The translations under genes were made by a program, and so were the position numbers. The notes below the pieces were generated by a model. The model searched no databases and had not been told where the DNA came from. It was given only the letters and a program-made list of their open reading frames with translations. A stretch of 63,975 nucleotides of DNA, filler included, from Octopus bimaculoides (Eukaryota): the NCBI RefSeq assembly GCF_001194135.2. It is 6 parts of 6 records of this genome, joined end to end, with 100 filler letters (N's around TTAATTAATTAA, not from the genome) between each part and the next. Parts side by side here need not be neighbours in the genome. Positions count along the whole stretch, not along the records: positions 45,747 to 58,290 come from NC_069000.1; positions 58,391 to 60,858 come from NC_068991.1; positions 60,959 to 63,975 come from NC_068987.1; 3 more parts are not named here. One strand, written 5' to 3'. Positions 51,779 through 63,975 of this stretch are shown here, piece by piece. Each line of letters opens with the position of its first letter. The stretch's first letter is position 1.

Positions 51779-53624
51779 TTGAGTCGGCATGAGCTAAATG
51801 GAAGAGAATTAGTCACGAGTGGATAATTTGTGTAAATATACAGAAGTCATATATATGGAAACAGTGGTTTGTCTTTCAATTGTGATGTGACAGCCTCAGA
51901 AAAGCACTAAAAATAAACAAAACAATACAAAAAGTAACAAAAACTACTTCACTGCATTCCTTCTTTTCGTCAACAATACAAATCTCAAAGCATCGTCACC
52001 ATACTTATGTCTCTCTGACTGTCTATCTGTCTAACTGTCTTTTGATATGTGCTACCGCACACACATACGCATGCGCATACGCATATATAGATATATCTAT
52101 CTGTCTATCTCCTTCTCTCTCTCTCTTTATCTATTATTGTGGTGTTTAGATATTTACTTTACATATCTTTATTCCTATATTTTCTCTCTGATTCTCGTAA
52201 AAATCGAATAACACATTTATAAATATACATCCATATATGCAAAGATTCGTCTGTGTATATATATATATATATATATNNNNNNNNNNNNNNNNNNNNNNNN
52301 NNNNNNNNNNNNNNNNNNNNNNNNNNNNNNNNNNNNNNNNNNNNNNNNNNNNNNNNNNNNNNNNNNNNNNNNNNNNNNNNNNNNNNNNNNNNNNNNNNNN
52401 NNNNNNNNNNNNNNNNNNNNNNNNNNNNNNNNNNNNNNNNNNNNNNNNNNNNNNNNNNNNNNNNNNNNNNNNNNNNNNNNNNNNNNNNNNNNNNNNNNNN
52501 NNNNNNNNNNNNNNNNNNNNNNNNNNNNNNNNNNNNNNNNNNNNNNNNNNNNNNNNNNNNNNNNNNNNNNNNNNNNNNNNNNNNNNNNNNNNNNNNNNNN
52601 NNNNNNNNNNNNNNNNNNNNNNNNNNNNNNNNNNNNNNNNNNNNNNNNNNNNNNNNNNNNNNNNNNNNNNNNNNNNNNNNNNNNNNNNNNNNNNNNNNNN
52701 NNNNNNNNNNNNNNNNNNNNNNNNNNNNNNNNNNNNNNNNNNNNNNNNNNNNNNNNNNNNNNNNNNNNNNNNNNNNNNNNNNNNNNNNNNNNNNNNNNNN
52801 NNNNNNNNNNNNNNNNNNNNNACTGATTTCAAATTATGGCGCAAACCCAGTAATTTCGGCGGGTGCGGGTGGTGGTAACTCGATTAAATCGATCTCCGTA
52901 CTCAGCTAGTTCTTACTTTAGGGACCGCGAAAGAGATGACAAGCAAATTCGATCTCGGCGGAATTTGAAGTCAGAACCTGAAAACGGACGACATGCCCGG
53001 CGTGCTAACGATTCTTTTCTACTCTAGGCACAAGGCCCGAAATGTTTGTGGAGTGGGGGGGGGGGCAGTCGATTAGATCGACCCCAGTACACAACTGGTA
53101 CTTAATTTATCGACTCCGAAAGGATGAAAAGCAAAGCCGACCTCAGCATAACAAACGGAAAATTATAGAAAAACATACGAAACTGAAATATTGGAGGTAA
53201 TTCTTCATCTGTCAACGTCCAAAAGATGATTACAGTTTCGCATCATCAACGTTATACATACATACATACACACAAAAGTACCCTGTTGTTGATGTTGAAA
53301 TTCTAATGAAGGAGCCTTGGATCTAGGTTAGAAACCGGTTCTTTCTCTATTGGCAAGAAATCTTGAAATAAACTGAGTAATGACATAACATACATACGTA
53401 CATATATATATATGTATATACACATGCATATCCATATACAGTGGTTACAAGAATAGTAGGAATCGTAGGTAAGTCGCTACAACATGTAAGATGCGAAAAT
53501 AGTGATGAACGATCTCAATAAACTGATAAACCTTGAAACAGCTCTGCTTCAAGGAAACTACAATGCATACAGTTTTTACGGACATGTACGACATAAACAC
53601 ACTGGTCCAATAATTAATAAATAA

Positions 53625-53673
53625 ATAAATAAATAAATAAATCAATCAATGAAACCAATCAATCAATCAAATC

Positions 53674-53720
<47 letters not shown>

Positions 53721-53790
53721 TGACTCACTCACTCACTCACTCACTCACTCACTCAATCAATCAATTAAATCAATCAATCAATCAATCAAT
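53625..53790. repeat. (TAAA)n-(TCAA)n-(TCAC)n tetranucleotide array
   Basis: Directly visible. Confidence 0.9.
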
Positions 53791-53934
53791 ATATGCGCGT
53801 ATATATATATATANNNNNNNNNNNNNNNNNNTATATATATGTCCTGGGGTTGTATTGGTCGCAGTCACAATGACTGAAACAAGTAAAAGAATAAAAGAAT
53901 AAAAGAATACGTGTATACGTTTATACGCGTGCGC

Positions 53935-53972
<38 letters not shown>

Positions 53973-56246
53973 CCAGTCGCAATACATTCTACGCATTATT
54001 CCCTCTTTACTTTCTCTCTCTCCCTCTCTCACCCACCCTCTGCATATTTCACTTTTCTTTCATTCTCCTCTCGCATTACATCCACCTCATACCCTTCCTA
54101 ACCTATTTAACTTTATGTTCTTCTAAAAACACGTGACTATGCTTTTGCTACTCCGTGTCAAGGCTAAGCAAAAACACATACAATCATGGATTTATTAATA
54201 TATAAATTCACACACAAGGCAGCGAGCTGGCAGAAACGTCAGCACTCCGTTAGTATTTCGTCTGTCTTGACGTTCTGAGTTCAAATTCCGCTGAAGTCGA
54301 CTTTGCCTTTCATCCGTTCAGGGTCGATAAATTAAGTACCAGTTGTATACTAGGGTCGATCTAATCAACTGACACCCTCCCTAAAAATTTCGGCCCTTGT
54401 GCCTAGAGTAGAAAAGAATATAAACACGCACACACACACACACAGACACACGCACAAACTACTGAAACTCTCTGATTGCTTTCTTGCTTGTCTGTCATTT
54501 AACAGCTAAATCGGCGCCTAATAGGAAAATACTATGAATTACGGTACTCCTGAAATGTGAATACAAACGAAATAAAACAAGTTTCGCGTAAATCGGACCA
54601 AGGATTCCTGAGATATAGGGGATTTTTTTTGGTATTTATAAATACCCAAAACTGTGCATAATGGGAAAATGCTCCGAAAATAACATAATCCTGAAAGGGA
54701 GGAAACTCTAACTTTTCGATTATGATCAATATCTTCTGTATTTTGAAGACAAGCTGCATGACCTGGGTAAAAGTCTTAGTGACTTTAACTTGCCAACGAA
54801 AAAGTACGAGTTGGTTTTACAGTAAATGCTTCTATTTTCAATTGCAGCGTGAAAGGTGTTTATAAGCCATTCATTTAAAAAACGTTAGATTCAATTCAAC
54901 ATTTAAATTTGATTTGTTAAAATATTTTCGTCGTTTTGAGACCTCGACCTGTTCACTGACAAAATTCCGTGCTCGTTTTTGTTTCAGCACACGATCTCAA
55001 ATCAGGTCACTTGCTATGCAAGCACATCTCCGTAGTTTCTATTTTCACTTTTGTTAAACACAATAATTTAATCATTTAGAAATATTTTTAAGTGAATGTG
55101 ATTTCAAAAATACAAGTTGCTTCTACAGTAAGTATTTATATTTTAGCTTTCTTTAAAAACAATATCTGTCCCAGTCTATTCTGTTTCAGTTTTCAAAAAG
55201 GGAAACAAGTCCCTTGTAATGAACTGCCGTCAGATCTCATTCACCTCTCATATCATCAATGTTTTGACTCATATTGGCTCAAAACTTACTAAGACCTAAA
55301 AGCGCTACCTGTCGGATTAATCTAACCTCTTATTACTCAGATTATTCTTTCAAATGTAATGTTTATTTGTTCACGTTGATTTGAATCAATCTTGCATTAT
55401 CTCATAATAATTTTAAGATTTCGATGATGTGGCTGTATGCGTTTAAAACGACATTGTTGATTAGGTGAATGTTTGACCTGATCGGTTTGAACATAAAACT
55501 GCTAAAGTATCTGAATCGGTTATGGCTAGTTTAGATCACATATTGAAAAACATAATAACCTACTATAAAAATGAACAAAATCGAAGATAGAAATGAGAAC
55601 AAATGCAATATTATGAGTTATCGATACTTAAACAAGAGAAAAAGAGCTCTGAAGATATTGACTGTGAGACAATTTGGAGGACAGAAGAAAGTGAACAGCT
55701 GGGTAACACGCCTAAAATAACTGCAGGATACCACGTTAGTCATTGCAAACAAACTTGCATTACGTGAATGACGTGTGTGCACATGTTTCATCTTCATCGT
55801 TTATGATTTCATTGTTTGTCCACGGATTTTTGATCTTTTCTGTGATACACGACCCCTTTTGATCGCTTTTTTATTTACATGATCTTTTTTGATCGGAAAT
55901 TTATTTTCTCCTCCGTTTTTTTAAAAAATCTATTTTCGAAAAGAAAAGCTCTATATTGTATTTTGTCCTCTGTGTTCGGCCCTGTGTGGCTAATAAAGAA
56001 ACTTATCTATCTATCTNNNNNNNNNNNNNNNNNNNNNNNNNNNNNNNNNNNNNNNNNNNNNNNNNNNNNNNNNNNNNNNNNNNNNNNNNNNNNNNNNNNN
56101 NNNNNNNNNNNNNNNNACCACCTGTCCTCGTCTGTTGTTATTTTTTGTATATTCTCCTATATATACTCATAGATGTATGTACATATACGTATGTATATAT
56201 GCATATATATATATTATTTATATTATTATTATTATATATATATATA

Positions 56247-56286
<40 letters not shown>

Positions 56287-56473
56287 CGTGCGTTTGTCTT
56301 CCCCACCCAGCGCTACACAACCGGTGATGGTGGGTGGACAAACAGGACCGATACAATAAGCAATAGTCTTTAAACAAAATATTCTTAGGGTCGATTTGTT
56401 CGATTGAAATACTTGTAGGTGGTGTTCCAGCATGGCCGCAGTCAAATGATTGAAACAAGTAAAAGTACAAATT

Positions 56474-56523
<50 letters not shown>

Positions 56524-56528
<5 letters not shown>

Positions 56529-57737
56529 GGGGCAGTTAAAAGTTATCCGCATTTTTGCCAAACATTCTTTAGATTCGCTGCACTGCCTTCAGCGCTCGCG
56601 TGATAAAAGGTGGTACGTTTGTGGTTTTACGTAACCGAGGTTTGACCTTGCTTGCTCTATCTTTCTTATGAAACAGACTCAACATGGCTATTCTGCTGGC
56701 GGTGTACACAGAAGAAGATCAGAGGTCAGCGATCCGATGTCTGGTCTGAAGCTGTGTCGGAGCTGAGATTCATCGCAGGCTTTCATTACAATACAGGGGA
56801 CAGCGCTTTACTGCGCAGAAGTGTGTATGAGTGATTCGAAAAGCTTAAAAATGGCCGAAAAAGCTTGAAGCACAAAAAGGAGCAGGGCACCCATAACCCT
56901 CCTCCACTGGCGTGAAAATTCAAGAAGCTTCAGGGATGCTTCTGGCGAACCGACTCCTGACCATCGATGAAATGGCTTGTTCTCCGCAGTTAGCCATGGT
57001 TCTGCATTCGAAATCATCCACGGGAAGCTTCGCCTCTGTAAAGCGTATGCAAGATGAGCTCCAAGAGAGATTACCGAAGAGCAAATGCTTATTGGACCGC
57101 AGCAACGATGAAAGCAAACATTTTATGGAGAGAATAATTCACAAGAGATAAGACTTGGTTCCATCCAAAAGGCGAAGTATGGAGTGGAAACAACCAGAAT
57201 TGCCGATGAAAAGGAAAATCAAGATTCAATTTTTCGCAAACAAAGTGATGTTAAGCGTTTTATTTTTGGGACGCAGAAGGGCCTATATTGGGATATTATC
57301 TGCAAAAGAAGTCCACAGTCACCAGTGTTGGCTACACTGAAATGCTGGCCAAAAATCTGAAACCAGTAACTTGCACCAAATGTTGAGATCTATTGTCAGT
57401 GCGGGTGGTTTTGTTGCACGAAATGCACATCCACATATGGCCGTCCACACACGGCTGCACACATGTCTTTCCATACCATTGAAAAATTAGGTTTCGAGTT
57501 GCTGGATGAGCCTTCATACAGTCTAGATCTCGGTCCTTCTGATTATCACGTCTTTGAATCGCTCAAACAACCATTCCTAATGTCATCGATCTGTCACAGA
57601 CGAAGCTCAAGAAGCGGTGCATAAAACCTCTTCTCTAACCGAAAATCTTCTCCGATGTAAAACGCAAGATTCTCAGCTGCTGGAAGAAGTGAATCGGAAA
57701 ACCAGGAGGCTATGACGATGTAATTGTTCAACCCTTA
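56524..57737 (+). mobile_element. Mariner transposon, near full length, transposase pseudogenised
   Basis: TIR-like start CAAGGGGCAGTTAAAAGTTATCCG. Frames give MAILLAVYTEEDQRSAIR...AEIHRRL...RSVYE*FEKLKNGRKSL (HTH), KRRSMEWKQP...KVMLSV, and EPSYSLDLGPSDYHVFESLKQ (YSPDLAPSDY motif). Many frameshifts and stops. Confidence 0.9.
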
Positions 57738-57804
<67 letters not shown>

Positions 57805-58390
57805 ATATATATATATATATATATATACACCTCCACGAGGCTCTAGCAGTGGATGGTGGCAAACCCTGCAACTTTCTCTTCCTCTTTCTGTTGTACCTGT
57901 ATTACAAAGGGGCCAGCCTTGTCATGCTGTGTCACACTGAATCTCCCCGAGAACTACATTAAAGGTACACCTCTCTGCGGAGTACTCAGCTACATGCACG
58001 TTAATTTCACGAGAAGACTGTTCTGTTGATAGGATCAACTGGAACCATCATCATCGTAACCGACTGAGTGCCACGATATATATATATATATATATGTACA
58101 TATGCATACACATACATACATACATGCCTAGCATACAGATATACACACACATCACACACACATACATACTTACATATTTGATTATTACGTATGATATTAT
58201 TGTAGGTGTTCTATGTATTTGCTGCAATGATGCGTGTTAAACGATTAAGTTCTTTCTTCACGGAACAATAAAAGCAATCTGTTTAGTCATNNNNNNNNNN
58301 NNNNNNNNNNNNNNNNNNNNNNNNNNNNNNNNNNTTAATTAATTAANNNNNNNNNNNNNNNNNNNNNNNNNNNNNNNNNNNNNNNNNNNN

Positions 58391-58425
<35 letters not shown>

Positions 58426-60011
58426 TGTATGACTGCATGCATATAATAAAGTTGTGCAACAAGCCACGAAAGACTTTACATTTATTTCGGATTCATGGCC
58501 TCTTCTACTTTAGTTACATTTTCTTACATAGACGCAAGGACATAAATTTAGTGGGAGAGCTTACCGATTATTTCGATCCCAGTATCAAACTTGACTGGTA
58601 TTTTATTGTATTTTATCGGTTCCAGAAAGATGAAAGCTAAAACTGACCTCGGTGAGGTTTGAACTCAGGAAGTAAAACTGAGGAGTCGAGAATATATACC
58701 TCAAAGCATTTTAGCTTACGCTCTAACGATTTTGACAATCTACTACATTCACCGTAGTAATAATTATAGTCAGTGGACATCAAAGCTGAAATGGATCTAA
58801 GAATTGCAGCCCAGAAAATTTGCTGTTATTTCTCGTAGGCTTCGACTATGTAGAGTCGGTTATGATGGTGAATGTTTTTTTTTCTTTTCCAAATGCTAAT
58901 ATTTTCAGGTGCAGACTTTCAAATATGAACGGATAATATTCTACAATATCAAACAAGACGAATCTGTAGCTGGAGTTGTTTTCACTAGTGTTACACAATT
59001 TAATTACAGCGTTACTGCAGTTCCATTTCAGCAGGTTTATTATTTTGTTTTTAATTTAGAGTGTACGGTGTCATATATATTCTTACTAACTACACCCAGT
59101 TCGATTTTTGCATGATTTATGAGCCCTGCGCTTTTTGATTCAATATGAAGTTGTGCTTATGGTTGTTTGATGTTATGTAGGGTTTGCGTGGAGTGAGGTG
59201 TTCTACCAAGCAATTTTTTTTTGTATCTAATTGTATTGCTAAAGTTTTATTATGTTTTAGGTGGTTGAGCTCGTCTATTTGAGCGTGTGTTTTCGCTATA
59301 TTTTGTCATATACGCATACACACACACATATATATGAATTAATGTACACATCTATGTGAGGTAAAGCTCGCCGGATATTGCTAGATAATATAGCAAACAT
59401 GTACAAATGTGCCTTTTGCGATACTTCAGAAAAATGAATCTCGACATAATATATTACTGTAGTTCTTAGGGAAGATAATGGCTGACAGATAACAGGTTGC
59501 CGAGAAATGAAGAATTTGATAGATGAAAGAGAAATGCAGTATATTTGTATATCAGCAACATGGCTTTCAGTCCTTTATATAGTTTTAATTCTGCGATGGA
59601 GGGTGGGGGTGGGGGGAAATGATGAAGTGATAAGGATCGAAGAAAGAATGAAAGAGCGAAAGGGAATTATAGGTAAAGGAAAGATGAATGAGAGAGAGAA
59701 GGAGAGGATAGAGACGAGAGATAGATAGAGATAGAGAGAGAGAGAGAGAGAAAGAGAAAAAGAGAGAGAGATAATGGAGGAAGAGTAAGTATAAGAGAGT
59801 GAGAGTGAAAGAGAGACAGTAATAAAACAAAGACTGCGCAATGTAATATTAATTTTACGTGTATTTTATATATACAACAGAAAATGAAATAGAGCTATAT
59901 GTACGCACGCATAAATAAATATATACATACATACATACTTATATACATAAATACATATACACACACATATATATGAATATATATATGTATAGGTATATAT
60001 GTATATATATT

Positions 60012-60061
<50 letters not shown>

Positions 60062-61684
60062 TAGATAGATAGATATGAGTCATATTAGGTACTTATTAAA
60101 CTTACCCATTATTAAATTTACTTTTATTCCTTGTGGCATCGCATATTGTCAAATTGTCTTTGGTCGTACATGATTGCAGTTCAAGTCCTTCTAAGCACGT
60201 ATAGATGTTATTCATGCATATATAATTACATACACACACACAGACACACTTGTATTTATATACACACGCATACATATACGCACACATATGCATACATATA
60301 CTCGCACATGCATACATACATTGCATTCATTTACATTATATATATATATATATGTATAAATAGAAAGACATATATATCTATATGTGTATGTATATATACA
60401 TGTATGTGTGTGTATGTATGTGTGTGTGTATATGTGTATTTGTGTGTGTATGTGTGTGAATGTGTGTGCGTACAAAGTATACTTTGTGTCTATTTGACAA
60501 CACGAGATGATGTGTAACGTTAGCTTATGAATCAGATGAAATTCTATGCAATAAACCAAATTAAATAAGTTCCTGCCAATAAGAACGCGTTGGAATCCTC
60601 AGCTTGTTTCTACCTGTAATTTCCAATTTACCATTCTTCCTATACAGAAACCTTTGATCATTTTTCTCTTTTTCGTTTATCATTTATTTATTCTTTCATT
60701 TTATTTCATTTTATTTTTACCAATTTTTTGAACCGCTTCTTTAAACAGCAAAGAATGTTTGCATATATTTTTATTAAAACCTCGGTGGATTAATTCGTAT
60801 TTATAAATAAATATTATTATCATTTTGCCGGGTTGACGGCGGTGTAGCTTCGGTAAATNNNNNNNNNNNNNNNNNNNNNNNNNNNNNNNNNNNNNNNNNN
60901 NNTTAATTAATTAANNNNNNNNNNNNNNNNNNNNNNNNNNNNNNNNNNNNNNNNNNNNATTCCTTCAAACACTCCTCCACCTCCTCCTTCGTTGCACTCT
61001 CTATTCTTTTAGTTTTCTTTGAAAAGGATTTATATTCCACAACTCCAATTTCCATTTTCGTCTTTTCCTCCTCTGATGGGGTCGACTTTACGTTTGGCCC
61101 CTCCTTCATTATCATTTCTTTATATTTTTCAATTTTCTCAGCCATGTCTTCATTCCAATGTATTTCATATTGCTTCAGCAGGCCTGGGACGACGGAAGCC
61201 CGACTCCCCGTCGCTGCTGCATACGTCTTCATTTTCTCCATCTCAGCAGCGCCCACCAAAAAATAGTGGCGTTATACTCAAAATAATCGCAGCGAGTAAT
61301 AACACGTCCGACCAGTAAAATCACGGCAGACGAAATACCTATTTCTTTACTGCCCACAAGGGGCTGCACACAGAGGGGACAAACAAGGACAGATAAACGG
61401 ATTAAGTCGATTATATCGACTCCAGTACGTAACTGGTACTTAATTTATCGACCCCGAAAGGATGAAAGGCAAAGTCGACCTCGGCGGAATTTGAACTCAG
61501 AACGCAGTGGCAGACGAAATACCGCTAAGCATTTCGCCCGGCGTGCTAACGTCTTTGCCAGCTCACCGCCTTTGCTAATTCTATTGGTTAGTTTAGCCGA
61601 ACTGCTAAGTTACGGGGACGTAAACACACCAACATCGGTTGTCAAACGATGGTTGGGGGACAAAGAAAGGCACAAATACATACA

Positions 61685-61757
61685 TACATTGTGGCGCAAT
61701 GGATAACGCGTCTGACTACGGATCAGAAGATTCTGAGTTCGAATCCTAGCAAGCTCA
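61685..61757 (+). tRNA. tRNA-Arg(ACG), probably a pseudogene (acceptor stem damaged)
   Basis: GTGGCGCAATGGATAACGCG TCTGA CT ACG GA TCAGA AGATT CTGAG TTCGAAT CCTAG CAAGCTCA. The D and anticodon arms are intact and match eukaryotic tRNA-Arg-ACG. The 5' acceptor strand TACATTG pairs only 4 of 7, and the T-stem has a mismatch. A T6 Pol III terminator is at 61761-61766. Confidence 0.8.
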
Positions 61758-61768
61758 AAGTTTTTTAA

Positions 61769-62165
61769 GCGCAGGAGTGGCTGTGTAGTAAGGATCTTGC
61801 TTACTAGCCACATGGTTCCGGGTTCAGTCCCACTGCGTGGCACCTTGAGTGAGTGTCTTCTACTATAGCCTCGAGGTTGACCAAAGCCTTGTGAATGGAT
61901 TTGGGAGACAGAAACTGAAAGGAAGCTCGTCATATGTATCTATATTCTGTGTGTTTGTGTGTTTCTTTTTGCTTGTGTTAGTCCCTCTCCGCAGTTTGAC
62001 AACCGGTGTTGGTTTGTCTACTTCCGCTATGGGTGCGTAGTTCGGCAAAACAGACCGTTAGGATAAGAACCAGGTTTAGTACAGGGGTTGATTTGTTCGA
62101 TGAAACTTCTCAAGACGTAACTCCAGCATGGCAGCAGTCTAATGAGTAAGACAAGCAAATGACAA
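61769..62165 (+). mobile_element. SINE family A, diverged full-length copy
   Basis: Colinear with 7584-7991 from GCGCAGGAGTGGCTGTGT through the CAGCATGGC tail. Confidence 0.8.
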
Positions 62166-62242
62166 AAGATTCTTTCCTCCCACTCACTTACTCACTCACT
62201 CTCTCTCTTCCTCGCTGTATACATACACACACACATGTATAT

Positions 62243-62353
<111 letters not shown>

Positions 62354-62380
62354 CAGCGATATTGATATATATGTGTGGTG

Positions 62381-62422
<42 letters not shown>

Positions 62423-62463
62423 AATTTAAGGAATGGAGAAAACGCATGTTATAACTGCATACT

Positions 62464-62636
62464 TTATTCCGACATATGTTTCGAAGAATTACAATTTATG
62501 CGATCCATAGGAATCGGCGATGTTAAAAATGTAAACTTCTCCTCAGCATTTCCCTGAGGAGAAGTTTACATTTTTAACATCGCCGATTCCTATGGATCGC
62601 ATAAATTGTAATTCTTCGAAACATATGTCGGAATAA
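62464..62636. repeat. Perfect inverted repeat, 83-bp arms with 7-nt loop, right arm truncated by an N gap
   Basis: 62464-62546 is the exact reverse complement of 62554-62636. The ORF track shows the same peptide YSDICFEELQFMRSIGIGDVKNVNFSS on both strands. Confidence 0.95.
62550..62633 (+). ncRNA. Minimal type I hammerhead ribozyme (Penelope pLTR type)
   Basis: Stem I TTCC(62550-53)/GGAA(62630-33). Core CTGAGGA (62554-60). Stem II GAAG..TTACA/TGTAA..CTTC. GAAA (62618-21). Palindromic stem III ACATATGT. Cleavage triplet GTC ending at 62629. Confidence 0.7.
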
Positions 62637-63975
62637 NNNNNNNNNNNNNNNNNNNNNNNNNNNNNNNNNNNNNNNNNNNNNNNNNNNNNNNNNNNNNNNN
62701 NNNNNNNNNNNNNNNNNNNNNNNNNNNNNNNNNNNNNNNNNNNNNNNNNNNNNNNNNNNNNNNNNNNNNNNNNNNNNNNNNNNNNNNNNNNNNNNNNNNN
62801 NNNNNNNNNNNNNNNNNNNNNNNNNNNNNNNNNNNNNNNNNNNNNNNNNNNNNNNNNNNNNNNNNNNNNNNNNNNNNNNNNNNNNNNNNNNNNNNNNNNN
62901 NNNNNNNNNNNNNNNNNNNNNNNNNNNNNNNNNNNNNNNNNNNNNNNNNNNNNNNNNNNNNNNNNNNNNNNNNNNNNNNNNNNNNNNNNNNNNNNNNNNN
63001 NNNNNNNNNNNNNNNNNNNNNNNNNNNNNNNNNNNNNNNNNNNNNNNNNNNNNNNNNNNNNNNNNNNNNNNNNNNNNNNNNNNNNNNNNNNNNNNNNNNN
63101 NNNNNNNNNNNNNNNNNNNNNNNNNNNNNNNNNNNNNNNNNNNNNNNNNNNNNNNNNNNNNNNNNNNNNNNNNNNNNNNNNNNNNNNNNNNNNNNNNNNN
63201 NNNNNNNNNNNNNNNNNNNNNNNNNNNNNNNNNNNNNNNNNNNNNNNNNNNNNNNNNNNNNNNNNNNNNNNNNNNNNNNNNNNNNNNNNNNNNNNNNNNN
63301 NNNNNNNNNNNNNNNNNNNNNNNNNNNNNNNNNNNNNCCTGTGTCTGCTCAACACATGTTTATATGTGCTGTCTACAAACTAGGCTTACATATGCATAAA
63401 ATTATGTGTTACTATTTGTAAGCTTAAAATACACGTCAGCAGGGGAGATTAAGAAAAAAGGGTGAATAAAAAAAAACAAAACAAAACAAACAAGCAAACA
63501 AACAAAAAAAAACAAGACAAAACAAATAGAAAGAAACATGTCTGTTTGCCAAGGAATCCGAAAATATCTGCCCAGTCATAAATTTCATGACCCCCTACTG
63601 GCAATCGATCTATCAGCTTCCAGACAATGTCAGTGTTAGCGAAATACCGACTCAGGTGTGAAATGAATGATTACATAACATCGCGAAAACGTTGCCCTTT
63701 CTTTGTCAGTTTAATGGCACTGCAATAATGCTTATAATAATCGTTGGCATTAAAAACCTGATCCCCCCCCCCCACCTTCTTTCTCTCTCTCTCTCTCTTG
63801 CTTTTCATTAATCTCCTTCACATACACACATCCACATCCACATCCACACAATCCGTCGGTTTCACGCTCTCCGCCAATACAAACACTGTCTCTTTATTTT
63901 TAGTTTTCCCAATTTCTCTACCTTTCGTTCCTTTTCGCTCCTCTCTCCTCCTCTCTCTCTCCTCCTCTCTCTCTC

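Noticed and set aside
54910-54966. Hammerhead-shaped fold on the minus strand (GTCG..CGAC, GAAA, palindromic AATATT)
   Set aside because: The catalytic CUGANGA box is absent (GTGAACAG instead), so it cannot be called a ribozyme.

Overview
This is eukaryotic, AT-rich, microsatellite-dense DNA whose SINE families resemble those I recognise from Octopus; the species is inferred, not verified. Five identical 100-bp spacers (44 N + TTAATTAATTAA + 44 N) split the window into six separately assembled pieces: 1-20969, 21070-38617, 38718-45646, 45747-58290, 58391-60858 and 60959-63975. Adjacency across those spacers cannot be trusted. Two host gene fragments are recognisable. One is the 5' part of a PLAT-domain lipoxygenase on the minus strand: four coding exons give 252 in-frame codons, a 5'UTR exon is likely, and the gene is cut off by its contig end. 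The other is the terminal exon of a DAAM formin on the plus strand (40804-40943). The remainder is at least four SINE families, decayed Tc1/mariner transposases, a Penelope GIY-YIG remnant, MITE/foldback elements, a Helitron 3' end, a damaged tRNA-Arg(ACG) and simple repeats. Almost all ORFs in the supplied track are microsatellite or N-gap artefacts. The most notable unexplained structures are: (1) a perfect 83-bp inverted repeat at 62464-62636 containing a complete Penelope-type type I hammerhead ribozyme core; (2) a ~180-bp inverted repeat bracketing the DAAM last exon; (3) a ~600-bp foldback element with telomere-like TTAGGG arrays inside both arms.
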